A model generated the notes under the pieces. The model was not told the origin of the DNA. It ran no database searches and saw nothing but the letters and a program-made list of their open reading frames with translations. The position numbers were made by a program, and so were the translations under genes. 64,000 bases of DNA from a virus: the IMG/VR virus record IMGVR_UViG_3300035193_000067, positions 1 through 64,000 of that record; one strand, 5' to 3'. Each line of letters opens with the position of its first letter. The first letter of the stretch is position 1. Shown here one piece after another: positions 36,270-46,447 of the stretch.

Positions 36270-36790
36270 CAGTCAGATTCCTCCATTATCATATCGGAAA
36301 TAGCTCCAGCAGTCCAATAAGGCCCAAAACGATTAACCAGTACTGAAAAATCCTCCAGATCATGAGGTACAAGCTTATCACCGCTTGGATCGATATGCAT
36401 CAGCTCGTGTACCAGTGTCAGATCCTCCACCTGATCAGGGTTGTCCTGTACCATGTTCAACTTGTCATCATTCAATGCAATGAGAAAACGCAAATCAAAC
36501 AAATCCTCATCCACATTAGATACCGCTGAAAGATTCAACATGTTGTTTTGAGCCAGGAAACCTATGACGTACTTTGAGATAAGTGTCATAGGAGCTTTAC
36601 CAAAGTAGAAGCATTTACCCATCCATTTTGCTTTAGTGTTGCTAATTCTGACAAAGATCACCTGATCCAGATCCACATGACTGATCAGATCAATGTAGTC
36701 AGTATCCTGCTGCAGCTGCCTTGCACGGTTTTTCAGACCCATGTCAACTTCCCAAACTGCCCCTGATTTATCGATATCTTTCATAACCAA
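36269..36790 (-). CDS. Putative phage metallopeptidase
   Basis: LVHELMHI...HDLEDF...V.RFG. Confidence 0.8.
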   Translation of the reverse strand: MVMKDIDKSGAVWEVDMGLKNRARQLQQDTDYIDLISHVDLDQVIFVRISNTKAKWMGKCFYFGKAPMTLISKYVIGFLAQNNMLNLSAVSNVDEDLFDLRFLIALNDDKLNMVQDNPDQVEDLTLVHELMHIDPSGDKLVPHDLEDFSVLVNRFGPYWTAGAISDMIMEESD

Positions 36791-36795
36791 ACCTC

Positions 36796-37182
36796 CTAGA
36801 AAGGAATACTATCCTCTTCTGTAAATGACTCTTTTGAGCCAATATATTTCTCAAATATTATTTTCAACGTTTTCTTCTGAGGACCTGAAAAATCTGTCTT
36901 TCTTCGCAGATCTTCCTGACACCTTAGCAGAAACGCCCTGTCCTGCACAGTAACTGATGTAGTCCTGTCCATTAAAGCTTTCAGCTCTACAAGCATCCTC
37001 TCAGAGTCAACCTGCGAAACAAAAGTAAGCATGTCTTTTTGAAAGTCAACAAGCCGATCCACAACTTCGTAACTCAGAAAAAGTGAAACATCTCCAGTAT
37101 CCAGCATGACTCCGTTTATCTCATCAAAATTGGTACTGCGCATATTCTTAATATCAGATCCTTTTACTATCAGAGACAACAT
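36796..37182 (-). CDS. Hypothetical protein ending in an SSB-like tip (EEDSIPF)
   Basis: C-terminus FTEEDSIPF. Confidence 0.7.
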   Translation of the reverse strand: MLSLIVKGSDIKNMRSTNFDEINGVMLDTGDVSLFLSYEVVDRLVDFQKDMLTFVSQVDSERMLVELKALMDRTTSVTVQDRAFLLRCQEDLRRKTDFSGPQKKTLKIIFEKYIGSKESFTEEDSIPF

Positions 37183-38274
37183 CTAATTGTTACCAAATGC
37201 AGCAGCAAAAAACATGGTGAAAATACTTTTTGGGTAACCAGATTCTTCCATCATAGAAGAGAACTCCTTCCATACATTTGTTAAATACTTGATATGATCA
37301 GCGTTTAATTTCATCTTCTTCCTAAAAGATTCCACAGGAATTCCTGACAAAAAAGGAGGAGCCTTCCCATCAAAACCGTTCAAATAAAGCAACATGTCTC
37401 TCAGCAAGTTAGGAATTCCGTCAAGATACAACTTCTGCAGATCAACCCCATTTGAATACCAGTTCTCCAGAGTTTGCAATGCGTACTTAACGTTCCAAAA
37501 ATTAAGAACCCCTGCCAGATCCCTGTAAACACTTCCTGAGAGAATACCAAACATACTCTCCAACAAACCAGAATCCAAAGTATCCCCGTTCGATGCCAGA
37601 ATAACCTGATCAAGATATTGCTGGACGTCCCTTAAAGATCCGTCACTCAGTAAAGATATGTCAGAGATAAAAGAATCTGTAAAGGGGATATTTTCACTCT
37701 GAAGAATTCTTTTTACTGATTCTGCCACACCTTCCACCGTAAGAGGAGTTAAAGGCATGGACAGACACCTGGAACGCACTGTTCTGACAAGCTTTTCAGG
37801 ATCTGTGGTTACCAGAATGAAAGTAACACCCTGAGGCGGCTCTTCAAGCAGTTTCAGGAAAGCTGCCTGAGCCTGAGGAGTGAACATGTGCACTTCATCG
37901 AAAATAAACACTTTCCTGTTGTAGGTCTTGACACGTAACACGTAATCCTCGAAGGATCGGACAAAATCAACCCCGTTGTTTGAGGCTGCATCAAACTCAA
38001 AAATATCCGGATGAGTGTCGTTTTCAGCATCTATACAAGACGGGCAGGTTCTGCAAGGATCTTCCCCAGGAGGAGAACTCTGGCAGTTTAATGACTTTGC
38101 GTAAATTCTTGCCAGAGTCGTCTTACCTGTACCACGTACCCCTGAGATAAGCATACCTGAAGGAACTCTGCCCATTTTAATGGAGTTCTTCATAATGGTA
38201 ACTGAGACATCCTGCCCGATTACCTCTGAATATACCTGTGGCCTATACTTCCTGGCAAGAACCTGATAAGACAC
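37183..38274 (-). CDS. dnaX: DNA polymerase III gamma/tau-like clamp loader
   Basis: YQVLARKYRP, G.RGTGKTT.AR, C..C.SC, DAASN.GVD, DEVHM, LK.LEEPP, SRC, GSLRD. Confidence 0.95.
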   Translation of the reverse strand: MSYQVLARKYRPQVYSEVIGQDVSVTIMKNSIKMGRVPSGMLISGVRGTGKTTLARIYAKSLNCQSSPPGEDPCRTCPSCIDAENDTHPDIFEFDAASNNGVDFVRSFEDYVLRVKTYNRKVFIFDEVHMFTPQAQAAFLKLLEEPPQGVTFILVTTDPEKLVRTVRSRCLSMPLTPLTVEGVAESVKRILQSENIPFTDSFISDISLLSDGSLRDVQQYLDQVILASNGDTLDSGLLESMFGILSGSVYRDLAGVLNFWNVKYALQTLENWYSNGVDLQKLYLDGIPNLLRDMLLYLNGFDGKAPPFLSGIPVESFRKKMKLNADHIKYLTNVWKEFSSMMEESGYPKSIFTMFFAAAFGNN

Positions 38275-38276
38275 TT

Positions 38277-38546
38277 CTAATACCTCACGTGCTCTCTATT
38301 GATTCTTGTTTGAGCCTCTGTCAGTTCCTTACAGCAACCTCCACAGGAGCACTCGTCAGACTCTTCTTCAAGGTCACAGAACTCAGTCAGCTCATAAATG
38401 CCCTGTTCCCCATCAAGATCAACAAGAACCTTCAGGTAAAAATTATTAGGTTGTGCACCCAGCTCCAGAACTTCATAAGAAGCTCCTGCAGCATCAAGAG
38501 CTGTATATAAGAGTCTCTGTAACTTATCAAACTGTTTTCCACTCAT
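38277..38546 (-). CDS. Hypothetical protein
   Basis: Coupled ORF. Confidence 0.65.
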   Translation of the reverse strand: MSGKQFDKLQRLLYTALDAAGASYEVLELGAQPNNFYLKVLVDLDGEQGIYELTEFCDLEEESDECSCGGCCKELTEAQTRINREHVRY

Positions 38547-39409
38547 TAGAATTTCTCCACAAATTTGTAAAACTGATTAGCAACATCAGTTTGGAATTTT
38601 TCCAGATCCTGAATACCTGCAAGATCCCACTTTGATTTTTTGGAATTTGCATGAAGAAGCTGACCCTCATGATGCTTGTAGTCTGGTGAGAAGTCCTTCA
38701 AGACTGATCCATTTCCTGAAGGATTTCTCATGAAATACGGAGGTACCGGATCTTTGAAGTTCAGAATATCTTCATAAGCCAGAGCTGCCCAGATACCTGC
38801 TGTCAACTTAATCAGGCATTCAAGCTGCTTCTCAGTCAGTAGAAATACTTTATGAGTGCTTCCCTGAATATACACCTTACCAACTTCATGAGGATCCAAA
38901 CCAAGCCTTTTACAGCGCTCTTCCGAGTATGCTTCAGGTTTTGTAGCAGCACTTGGGTACAGAGCATTCTCAATTCCTATTGAAGTCCTGTTAAGATCTC
39001 CGGCATGCCAGGCACATTCTACTGCATCAAGAGGCTGATAAATAACCCCTTTATCATCTGTCAAAAACTGAACAGATAACTTTCTTTCGAAATGCAGTGT
39101 ATTAAAGGCCTGACGAGCAGTGAAGCCTCCAGTATGGTGCTGGACTATCTGTTTGATGGCTGCAAGACCACCTTTTCGCTTACTGTAGCGCTTTCCCTTA
39201 ATTGAATGCTTAATGCGTTTTCCTGTTTTTCGACAGTCTTCATACCAGACACGTTTAGACGTATCATAACTGTTCAAACCCATTGCATCATCCCATTTAA
39301 GAACTTTTGTACCAATGTCGTAATAAACGCCATTCACACAAATAGCATTGTCACGATTAAAAGGCTCTCCTGTAAAGGATACAAACTTCTCATTTAATTC
39401 TTTTTTCAT
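38546..39409 (-). CDS. N-acetylmuramoyl-L-alanine amidase (endolysin candidate)
   Basis: IVQHHTGG, SVQF..D..G.IYQ, AWHAG..N..SIGIE, H......K.D. Confidence 0.85.
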   Translation of the reverse strand: MKKELNEKFVSFTGEPFNRDNAICVNGVYYDIGTKVLKWDDAMGLNSYDTSKRVWYEDCRKTGKRIKHSIKGKRYSKRKGGLAAIKQIVQHHTGGFTARQAFNTLHFERKLSVQFLTDDKGVIYQPLDAVECAWHAGDLNRTSIGIENALYPSAATKPEAYSEERCKRLGLDPHEVGKVYIQGSTHKVFLLTEKQLECLIKLTAGIWAALAYEDILNFKDPVPPYFMRNPSGNGSVLKDFSPDYKHHEGQLLHANSKKSKWDLAGIQDLEKFQTDVANQFYKFVEKF

Positions 39410-39430
39410 GTAAAATTCCTTCTCAAAATG

Positions 39431-40207
39431 TTAAAATATTTCATTAGACCACAACCACCACACATACCACTGACTCAACATTTGTGGATACAGATGAGGT
39501 TTAGAAAAACCATAAAGACCACAGGAGTAAAAATTATGAACTTCTATAACATACAGATTCCCATTGTAAACTCCTATATCTAAAGTGTACGCAGAAGGAT
39601 ATTCTGTAGGCTTTACCTTCTCGTATTCACGATCACATTCACGTGCAAAAGCCTGAATATCACAAGCCTGTTTAAACAGTTCTCCTTCATACTGCTTTAT
39701 GTCCAAAAGTAAACCGTTAAAAATAAAACATCGATACTCTGCATCAAAACCTGAAGGCAAGTATTCTGTTACCTGCCATCTTCCTGCAGGAATGTCAACA
39801 GACACTCCATTTAAAGGATGTTTTATCTTCTCCATAGACTTAATAAACACAGGAGCACTATATCCACATAGAGGCACATCCTGCTGGTTAAACACAGAGA
39901 TATCTTTCACAGCAATATAAGGATTCAAACCATAAAGATAAAGAGCTTTAGGAACATTTACAGGAGAAGGTACAGGTATATCGTTTAACTCAAAAAACCT
40001 GTGAACAAATTCAACAGATCCTACAGGCACACTACTGCAGACATCTTCCACTTTTTCAGGAGCTATACACAACTCCCACACCTTCTCCTTGTAAGAAGTA
40101 AGCGCACCATCATATACTCTATTCTGATACTTAATAGAATTAATAAGCTCCACCTGCCAATCAAACATAGGTAATCCATCAGTATCGCATTGAATTAAAA
40201 ACCTCAT
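39431..40207 (-). CDS. ATP-grasp domain protein (DUF4343/R2K-like)
   Basis: PVGSVEFV, FIK, EYRCFI, Y.G, YTLDIG, IEVH..YSCGLYG. Confidence 0.75.
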   Translation of the reverse strand: MRFLIQCDTDGLPMFDWQVELINSIKYQNRVYDGALTSYKEKVWELCIAPEKVEDVCSSVPVGSVEFVHRFFELNDIPVPSPVNVPKALYLYGLNPYIAVKDISVFNQQDVPLCGYSAPVFIKSMEKIKHPLNGVSVDIPAGRWQVTEYLPSGFDAEYRCFIFNGLLLDIKQYEGELFKQACDIQAFARECDREYEKVKPTEYPSAYTLDIGVYNGNLYVIEVHNFYSCGLYGFSKPHLYPQMLSQWYVWWLWSNEIF

Positions 40208-42396
40208 TTATCACCCCAGCATTTGTGAACTTCCAGATCTGCAATAAGAGGAACTGAAAACCCTGTAAAATCTCTGAGCCAGTCTGTCATGTAGTACTGC
40301 ATTATCTGACCAACCCTCTCAACCTCATCCTTATGAGTAATGCAGCAAATTTCGTCATGCACAATATTACCTACCGCAGATCTCAGCTTCTCTTTCCTAA
40401 TCTGTTCATCAATTTTAATCAAAGATAATGCCGCCATGTCTGAAGCAGATCCCTGTACAATTGTATTAACTGACTGTCTGAGTGCATGCTTCTTCGTTTG
40501 GTCAATGTAACGAGTCTCCGAGTTTGGAAAACAACTTCCCAGGTACTGACAGTCTGCACACTTAAAGTAGTGAGGCTTCCCGGAAGATTTAATCATTCTT
40601 TTCAAACTGTCAAGATCAACTTCGTACGCATCGTTCTGGCTCAACCCGATATCCATAGGTTTGATGCAGAATTTGTAGCACTCAGGGCGATCATTGTACT
40701 TTGGCATACTCCTGTAATGAGGTACCTGTAGCTGTGCTGTGGGCAGGTGTCTACGTCTGCCGAACATATTGACTACATATCCGTTTTCCTGAACGAAAGA
40801 ATGAATGTAATCAATCCATTCTTTCAGCACAGGCGCGTTTCCAAAATAGTCCACATTTACAAGCTTTTCAGCTTCCTCTATCTCCATATCAAGAGACTTT
40901 GACAAAGACCATACGCTCTCTCCGTAAATAATACCAAAGTTAATAGTTTTTGCACGGCTTCTCAAGTGACTGGGGACCTCTGCAACATCACAATCAAGCT
41001 TGAATACAGATTTTGCTGTAGCTGAGTGCATATCTTCACCACGATTAAATGAATCAATCCACACAGGCTCCTGAGATACATGAGCAGCTACCCGCAACTC
41101 CATCTGCGAAAAGTCACTGAAAATAAAAACATAGTCATCCGGACACTCCCACATACCTTTAACGATCTTTCCTCCGTTCTCTTTCCGGGGAAGATTCATC
41201 AGGTTTGGATCACTACCTTTCAACCGGCCTGTCAGAGAATCCATAAACACAGAAGGATGCACCCATCCAACCTTTCCACCATCTGAGACTTCATCAACCT
41301 TTACAATAGCAGGTGAAGCGTATGTAGACTGAATCTGTTGAGCTCTTCTGTATTTGGACAGAGGCTCTTTGACAGGATGTTCCAGCTCCTTCAGAACGGA
41401 ATCATCCACAACCCAACCATGTTTATTACGCCGTCCACCAGGAAGCTGCAAGTCCTCAAACAGAACCTTACCGAGCTGAGGATTGGAAGAAACCTTGAAC
41501 TCCTGTCCTGTCAGCTCCCAGATTTCTGCCTCAAGACTCTTCATATCTCGAAGCATGTTTGATTCCACTTCCCTGGCCTTTTGAATATTTAGAGGCATTC
41601 CTTTGGACTCCATACGCACCAAAGCGTCAGACAAAGGAAGAGAAATGTTATTAAACACCCAGTAAGTCTTCTCCTCAATAAGACGAGGACGCATAATGAA
41701 CATCAGAGACAATGTCAAATCAGCATCTGCGCAAGCATATGGATACAAAACCTCCAAAGGAACTTTGTGATACCTCTTCAGATCAGGATCAAAATGAACC
41801 AAAGCATCCTGAAGATCTTCTTTAAACGCTGAAGCGCCTAAATCCAGGTACTTATCCGCCATTCCCAATTTGGTTACTTTTCCATCAGGGGCAAAATCTG
41901 ATTTCAAAGCATGTGAGCACTCTCTGCGCTCTTCGTCCAGGAGAGCATGTGCAAGCATTGTGTCAAACTTAAAATTCTGAACCTCAATGCCTTTTTTTCT
42001 GAGCAGTTCCCTAGAGTCGAATTTCCCATTATGAGCCACCTTTGCAACAGGACTCTCCAAAATACCTTTTAAGGCCTTATCAACGTTCTTTTGATTAGAA
42101 CGCCAGAAAGGAGATTCATCCATACGTATTAAAGGTAAATAAGCCCCTGTACCAGGCTCCCAGGGAGTACTTACAGAGGTTCTTCCCCATGAAAACGCCA
42201 CACCAGCAACTCTAACAGGAGTTCCCGAAACATAATCCTGTTTTTTATCCTTACTCTTAACTGTTGGATGTGTTGTTTCAATATCATACGCCATGTAAGG
42301 AGTCTTCAATAGAGTATTGTACATCCATGACAGCTTCTTTGGCGTGTCGACAAGATGGTAACTCTTAGGGATCTTTAGTTTGTTAAAAAAATTCAT
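40204..42396 (-). CDS. Family A DNA polymerase with 3'-5' exonuclease
   Basis: DIET, HNGKFD, YACAD, TGRL...PNL.N, DFSQMELR, RAKTINFGIIYG, QGSASD, VHDE. Confidence 0.95.
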   Translation of the reverse strand: MNFFNKLKIPKSYHLVDTPKKLSWMYNTLLKTPYMAYDIETTHPTVKSKDKKQDYVSGTPVRVAGVAFSWGRTSVSTPWEPGTGAYLPLIRMDESPFWRSNQKNVDKALKGILESPVAKVAHNGKFDSRELLRKKGIEVQNFKFDTMLAHALLDEERRECSHALKSDFAPDGKVTKLGMADKYLDLGASAFKEDLQDALVHFDPDLKRYHKVPLEVLYPYACADADLTLSLMFIMRPRLIEEKTYWVFNNISLPLSDALVRMESKGMPLNIQKAREVESNMLRDMKSLEAEIWELTGQEFKVSSNPQLGKVLFEDLQLPGGRRNKHGWVVDDSVLKELEHPVKEPLSKYRRAQQIQSTYASPAIVKVDEVSDGGKVGWVHPSVFMDSLTGRLKGSDPNLMNLPRKENGGKIVKGMWECPDDYVFIFSDFSQMELRVAAHVSQEPVWIDSFNRGEDMHSATAKSVFKLDCDVAEVPSHLRSRAKTINFGIIYGESVWSLSKSLDMEIEEAEKLVNVDYFGNAPVLKEWIDYIHSFVQENGYVVNMFGRRRHLPTAQLQVPHYRSMPKYNDRPECYKFCIKPMDIGLSQNDAYEVDLDSLKRMIKSSGKPHYFKCADCQYLGSCFPNSETRYIDQTKKHALRQSVNTIVQGSASDMAALSLIKIDEQIRKEKLRSAVGNIVHDEICCITHKDEVERVGQIMQYYMTDWLRDFTGFSVPLIADLEVHKCWGDK

Positions 42397-42866
42397 GAAT
42401 TTCTGATAATTTTGAAGAAAGCATATTTTGAAATTTCATCATCCTGAGGTTCCTGAAGAATTTCATTATGCTTATCAATTATCACATCCCATGTACCAGG
42501 CTCATAAACTCTCGGCTCATCTCTTCTACGATCCTTGGCAGTATCAATGTCAGTAATAACCCAAATAAGCCAGGACTCCACACCCATTTCTTCAGCAACG
42601 GCTACCAGAGAAAGACGGGAGGACTCAAACACGTTCGTTTCATCCACAATAACACTAAATCCATCCTCCAGAGCTTTTTTGATTGCGTACCTGTCAAGAT
42701 CCTTAATGAAAGGCTCATACTTGTCATCAAACACATATTCACCACGGATCATTTCTCTCAAGGAATCTCTGCTGATAATAACGGTATTCTCGTCAAGATA
42801 TTTTTTGGCATGTGTGGATTTTCCAGATCCAGGAACTCCCATCATCAAAATAAGTTTCTGTTTCAT
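42393..42866 (-). CDS. Polynucleotide kinase-like P-loop kinase
   Basis: GVPGSGKST, SRD..R, VIVD.TN. Confidence 0.85.
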   Translation of the reverse strand: MKQKLILMMGVPGSGKSTHAKKYLDENTVIISRDSLREMIRGEYVFDDKYEPFIKDLDRYAIKKALEDGFSVIVDETNVFESSRLSLVAVAEEMGVESWLIWVITDIDTAKDRRRDEPRVYEPGTWDVIIDKHNEILQEPQDDEISKYAFFKIIRNS

Positions 42867-43546
42867 TTTTTCCCCCGTCTTTTAAAAGTTGAACAAAACT
42901 TCTTCAGTTCTTCCTGAGTTACATACTCCTTACCGTCTGACTCCACTGTAGTAGCGATCCGCCCATCCTTAGAAGCTTTTTTCATCGTTGGATAAGAGAT
43001 ACTCTCCTGAATACCGGCTTTCCATAATGTAATCGGATCTTCACTAGAGGTTTTCTCTTCAGGCACATCTTCTTCAACAGGCTCTTTCACTTCTTCAGGA
43101 GCAGTCTCACTCAAAACCTCCTGAACAAACTCTGCCAGCCCACTGCTTTTAGGAAGTGCATCTATACCACAGGAAAGCACCAGAGTTACTTCATCATACA
43201 ACTGTTCAGGAGTTCTCTTATACAGATTCCTGTGCAAGGCTTTTTCAAAATCCTCTCCTCCAATTCCCAACCTGTATGCATAAGTAGCCAAGCAAAAGGT
43301 CTGAACATCACAGGAAATTGCACAAGGCACATCCACGTTACCACGACATTCTGAACACTGTCGGTTTCCTGGGAGCATCACTCTTGAATTGCAGGCATGC
43401 TGCTCCAATGCTGGCTCAGAAAAAAGATTGCAGGGTTTGAAGTCAGGACTCTCAAAAGGATCTTTTTTAAGCTTGTAGTATGCCACAATTCTTTTTAGGA
43501 TATCCGGAGCCATTTTAATTATTTGCTTTGTAGTAGGTTCTGTCAT
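42863..43546 (-). CDS. Cys-rich protein with C-terminal excisionase-like HTH
   Basis: Several CxxC/CxxxC; ITL.KA.....SY.T..K...DGRI......G..YV..EEL..F. Confidence 0.55.
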   Translation of the reverse strand: MTEPTTKQIIKMAPDILKRIVAYYKLKKDPFESPDFKPCNLFSEPALEQHACNSRVMLPGNRQCSECRGNVDVPCAISCDVQTFCLATYAYRLGIGGEDFEKALHRNLYKRTPEQLYDEVTLVLSCGIDALPKSSGLAEFVQEVLSETAPEEVKEPVEEDVPEEKTSSEDPITLWKAGIQESISYPTMKKASKDGRIATTVESDGKEYVTQEELKKFCSTFKRRGKK

Positions 43547-44703
43547 ATTGCCGCCTTTACGAGTAATGAGACCCTGTACCCTTCCGCATCAGTAAAAGCC
43601 GCTACAGAGGAGTTTAGATCACATAAATATATTTCATCCTTAAACAGGTTTAAAGCCTTTGACAGCCTTTCCTTGTTTAACATAAACCCTTCAACAACCT
43701 TCCCGTGAGAGCTCAGTATTTTCTCTGAAACCTCCACACCTTTGTGAGATTTTCCTGAAATCTCCCACACAAGACTGTCACCGGATTGTCCGAGTATCTT
43801 AAAAGTTATCCAGGAATCAGTAGGACCTAATGAAGAAGTGACCAAATCAACTGCTGAAGCCAATGCTGAAGCGTCCAGTTTGTAGCACTCTCTTAGCTCC
43901 TGCAAACGTGAATTGTTGGTTAGTGAGAAATGGCTTGCATATTCCAACGGGTATGAATCATGAGGAACAGGTAGAGTTATCAAAGTACCATTGGTGAGCT
44001 CAACTCCGGCAATATTGGTGGAGGAAGAAAGCACTATGCTCTTTACAGACTTTTTAAAAGATCTGCACACCTTTGCCAACGTATCAGGAAGAATAAACCG
44101 AGAATCCCCAGTAAATAATGCATTTCCTGTTTTAAGATAAAAGGATATTTGAGAGAATTTACAGATCCTGCTGACACCCCCTTTAGTATCCACAAGAATT
44201 CCTGCAAATTTATTGACAGATCCCTTTTTTGAAGTCTCGGAAATGGCAGACAAACAATCTCCAACACCTTCAACTATCCATTGACAGGAATCTCCTTCAA
44301 TCCTATTGAGCTCAGGTAATCTAATTCTTCTCTTTTTCGCCACAACCACAAAAGATGCTTTTATGTTGTCTTCCTTAAATTCTACCGTATTGCCTTTTTT
44401 GTTGTTTTTCAGAGTAATAGTGACTTCACCTGGATACAGTTTTTTAAAAAATGCAACAACACGCTCTGCATCCACTCCAAAGTAAAAAGGCTCACATGCT
44501 GCAGGTACTTTGGTATTCAAAGATACAGATACTCCTGCAGAGATTCCGTCAATCTTGTCTTCAGAGTACATTGAAAGAGTGTTGTCTTCAACTGATATGT
44601 AAACAATTCCTTTGTCAGCAATGGAGGTATCCACAGCTTTGAAGAAATCTGAAAAGAAATCGAATGACCCTTTTATCTTTTTATCAGCAATAACTAAACT
44701 CAT
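43543..44703 (-). CDS. dnaN: DNA polymerase III beta-like sliding clamp
   Basis: 386 aa; I.ISVEDNTLSM....I; V.A.R....FKKL..GEVTI; L.SAVDLV; N..RL..AL; position in the replication block with dnaX. Confidence 0.6.
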   Translation of the reverse strand: MSLVIADKKIKGSFDFFSDFFKAVDTSIADKGIVYISVEDNTLSMYSEDKIDGISAGVSVSLNTKVPAACEPFYFGVDAERVVAFFKKLYPGEVTITLKNNKKGNTVEFKEDNIKASFVVVAKKRRIRLPELNRIEGDSCQWIVEGVGDCLSAISETSKKGSVNKFAGILVDTKGGVSRICKFSQISFYLKTGNALFTGDSRFILPDTLAKVCRSFKKSVKSIVLSSSTNIAGVELTNGTLITLPVPHDSYPLEYASHFSLTNNSRLQELRECYKLDASALASAVDLVTSSLGPTDSWITFKILGQSGDSLVWEISGKSHKGVEVSEKILSSHGKVVEGFMLNKERLSKALNLFKDEIYLCDLNSSVAAFTDAEGYRVSLLVKAAI

Positions 44704-45515
44704 CTCAGCACCGTATCCGTGTTGAAAAATACAGGAGACCTTCCTCCCAGACCAACCATAAGTTCTTTTTGATCATTGTCAACATCTGAAAACATCACTT
44801 TGTTGAATACTCTGTGCACTTCCGCTTCAGCGTGCCGCAGTTCCTTCATGTAAAGCTTTGATGGTTTTGACCAACCCTCAAGAGGACCTGGTGGAAGGTA
44901 TTCAATCATGTCAAGGTACCTTTTAGCTTTATTTGACAAACGTTGATATAATTTTTCCCGGATCTCTTCACAGATCAGGATGCTCTCAGGATCCCCTTTG
45001 TCACCCTGTGTTACATCCATTAAAGTGTAACCGTCATCATCGTCTGAACAGGAACTGGTGTCCAATGAGTAGATGTCAACCTTTGAACCTCTTTTTTCCC
45101 TGTTACAGTATGCTGCATAATCTGCACACATCTGACCAATACGTCGATAAAAGAATGCAACATATATTTTCCAGGTAGCAGGAAAAACCTGATCCTTTGG
45201 TACAATGCTCTTAATCTTGTGATGCTGCACGTAAACACCCTCAGGAGTCTCTCCAAGCTTCCGACAAACCACACCATCCACCAGCACGTTCTTGTCGTAA
45301 AAACCGCCCATATCCTCCCACAGACGTATTACAAGGTACTGCAGTATCTCATCAGGATCTGTTTTGAACTGACGAGCAGTTATAAGTGCTTTTTTAACCA
45401 TAACCTTCTGATGCTCCATAACCGCCTTACGGAAGGAATCATCAAAGTCTTTTGATTTTGAGATGGCTTTAAGATATGATGCCATCCGGGACAATAAATC
45501 TTCTGAAAATTTCAC
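44700..45515 (-). CDS. Phage-encoded sigma70-family sigma factor
   Basis: D.DEILQ...I.LW (region 2), F..RI......Y..R.KR, SLD......DG.TL.DV......DPE..LI.EE...L...LS (SigH-like); region 4 looks degenerate. Confidence 0.6.
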   Translation of the reverse strand: MKFSEDLLSRMASYLKAISKSKDFDDSFRKAVMEHQKVMVKKALITARQFKTDPDEILQYLVIRLWEDMGGFYDKNVLVDGVVCRKLGETPEGVYVQHHKIKSIVPKDQVFPATWKIYVAFFYRRIGQMCADYAAYCNREKRGSKVDIYSLDTSSCSDDDDGYTLMDVTQGDKGDPESILICEEIREKLYQRLSNKAKRYLDMIEYLPPGPLEGWSKPSKLYMKELRHAEAEVHRVFNKVMFSDVDNDQKELMVGLGGRSPVFFNTDTVLR

Positions 45516-46447
45516 AAGAGCTCCTTTAGTATTTGCTGAAACTGATCATGAGTAAGGTCTCCAGGATCACCTGTTTCAAGCCTGACTATTTTAGGACCAA
45601 GACCCATCGCCTCAATCTCATAATATAATTTCTGTGCAGCTTCCCATGCATCTGAGTCGAGACAAACTACAGGCACCTTGTGATACAGTCTGCAAAGAGT
45701 TAGAAGGCGCTTCATCTGTCCTGGGGAAGCTTCTTTGGTATTCAGTCCCACCGCTTGTCCTCCCAGAGAAGCAACTTTCCAGGTGTCGGAAGCGCCTTCC
45801 ACAACAAAAAGATAACCACCTTCCGAGATAAGCCAACCCCCGTAAAGTAAATCTTGTATAGGCGATTCTTCAGGATTCTTCCATCTGACATATGCCTTTT
45901 CAGATATGCACCTTAACTGAAAAGTTCTGTACTCTCCGTCAATATCCCAAACAGGTGCTACTATAGTCTGCCAAAGACTTATCCCTTTATGCTCACCGAT
46001 CTCACCATACCTTCCGCCTTTCCCGTACTGCAGACCGAACTCACGAATAATGTTCTCATCAAGACCTCTGTCAGCAAGATACTTTACTACTGACAAAGGC
46101 TCCAGACAGGCCTGATTAGGGAACTCATTGATGATCTTGTCAGATTTTCTGAAGCCTTTTTTAGCTCCAAACAGATCTTCGAATTTAAAATCTGTGGAGG
46201 TCTCCTTGAGCCTGTCAAAAACCTCCCGCCAGTTGGACAGGTTCTCTGACAGTTTGTAAAACAGAGGGAAAGTTCCACGGACTCCACAGGAGCTTGATCC
46301 GCAGATAAACAGACCATCATCAACATTTATGGAGAATGACGGACGACTGTCATTATGAAAAGGGCAGTACGTGTGAATCTTCCCACTGTGGTTTGGAGAA
46401 GCATCAGGAAACTTGGAGATAATGTATGAAGAGATGTCAACGCTCAT
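45512..46447 (-). CDS. dnaG: DNA primase (CHC2 zinc finger + TOPRIM)
   Basis: CPFH.D..PSF.I, YL..RG, VVEG..D, CLDSD, DPGD. Confidence 0.9.
   Translation of the reverse strand: MSVDISSYIISKFPDASPNHSGKIHTYCPFHNDSRPSFSINVDDGLFICGSSSCGVRGTFPLFYKLSENLSNWREVFDRLKETSTDFKFEDLFGAKKGFRKSDKIINEFPNQACLEPLSVVKYLADRGLDENIIREFGLQYGKGGRYGEIGEHKGISLWQTIVAPVWDIDGEYRTFQLRCISEKAYVRWKNPEESPIQDLLYGGWLISEGGYLFVVEGASDTWKVASLGGQAVGLNTKEASPGQMKRLLTLCRLYHKVPVVCLDSDAWEAAQKLYYEIEAMGLGPKIVRLETGDPGDLTHDQFQQILKELL

Noticed and set aside
40500-40730. Polymerase insertion as an intein or intron
   Set aside because: Too short, no C/S...HN splice motifs, no endonuclease motif, and the frame is uninterrupted.
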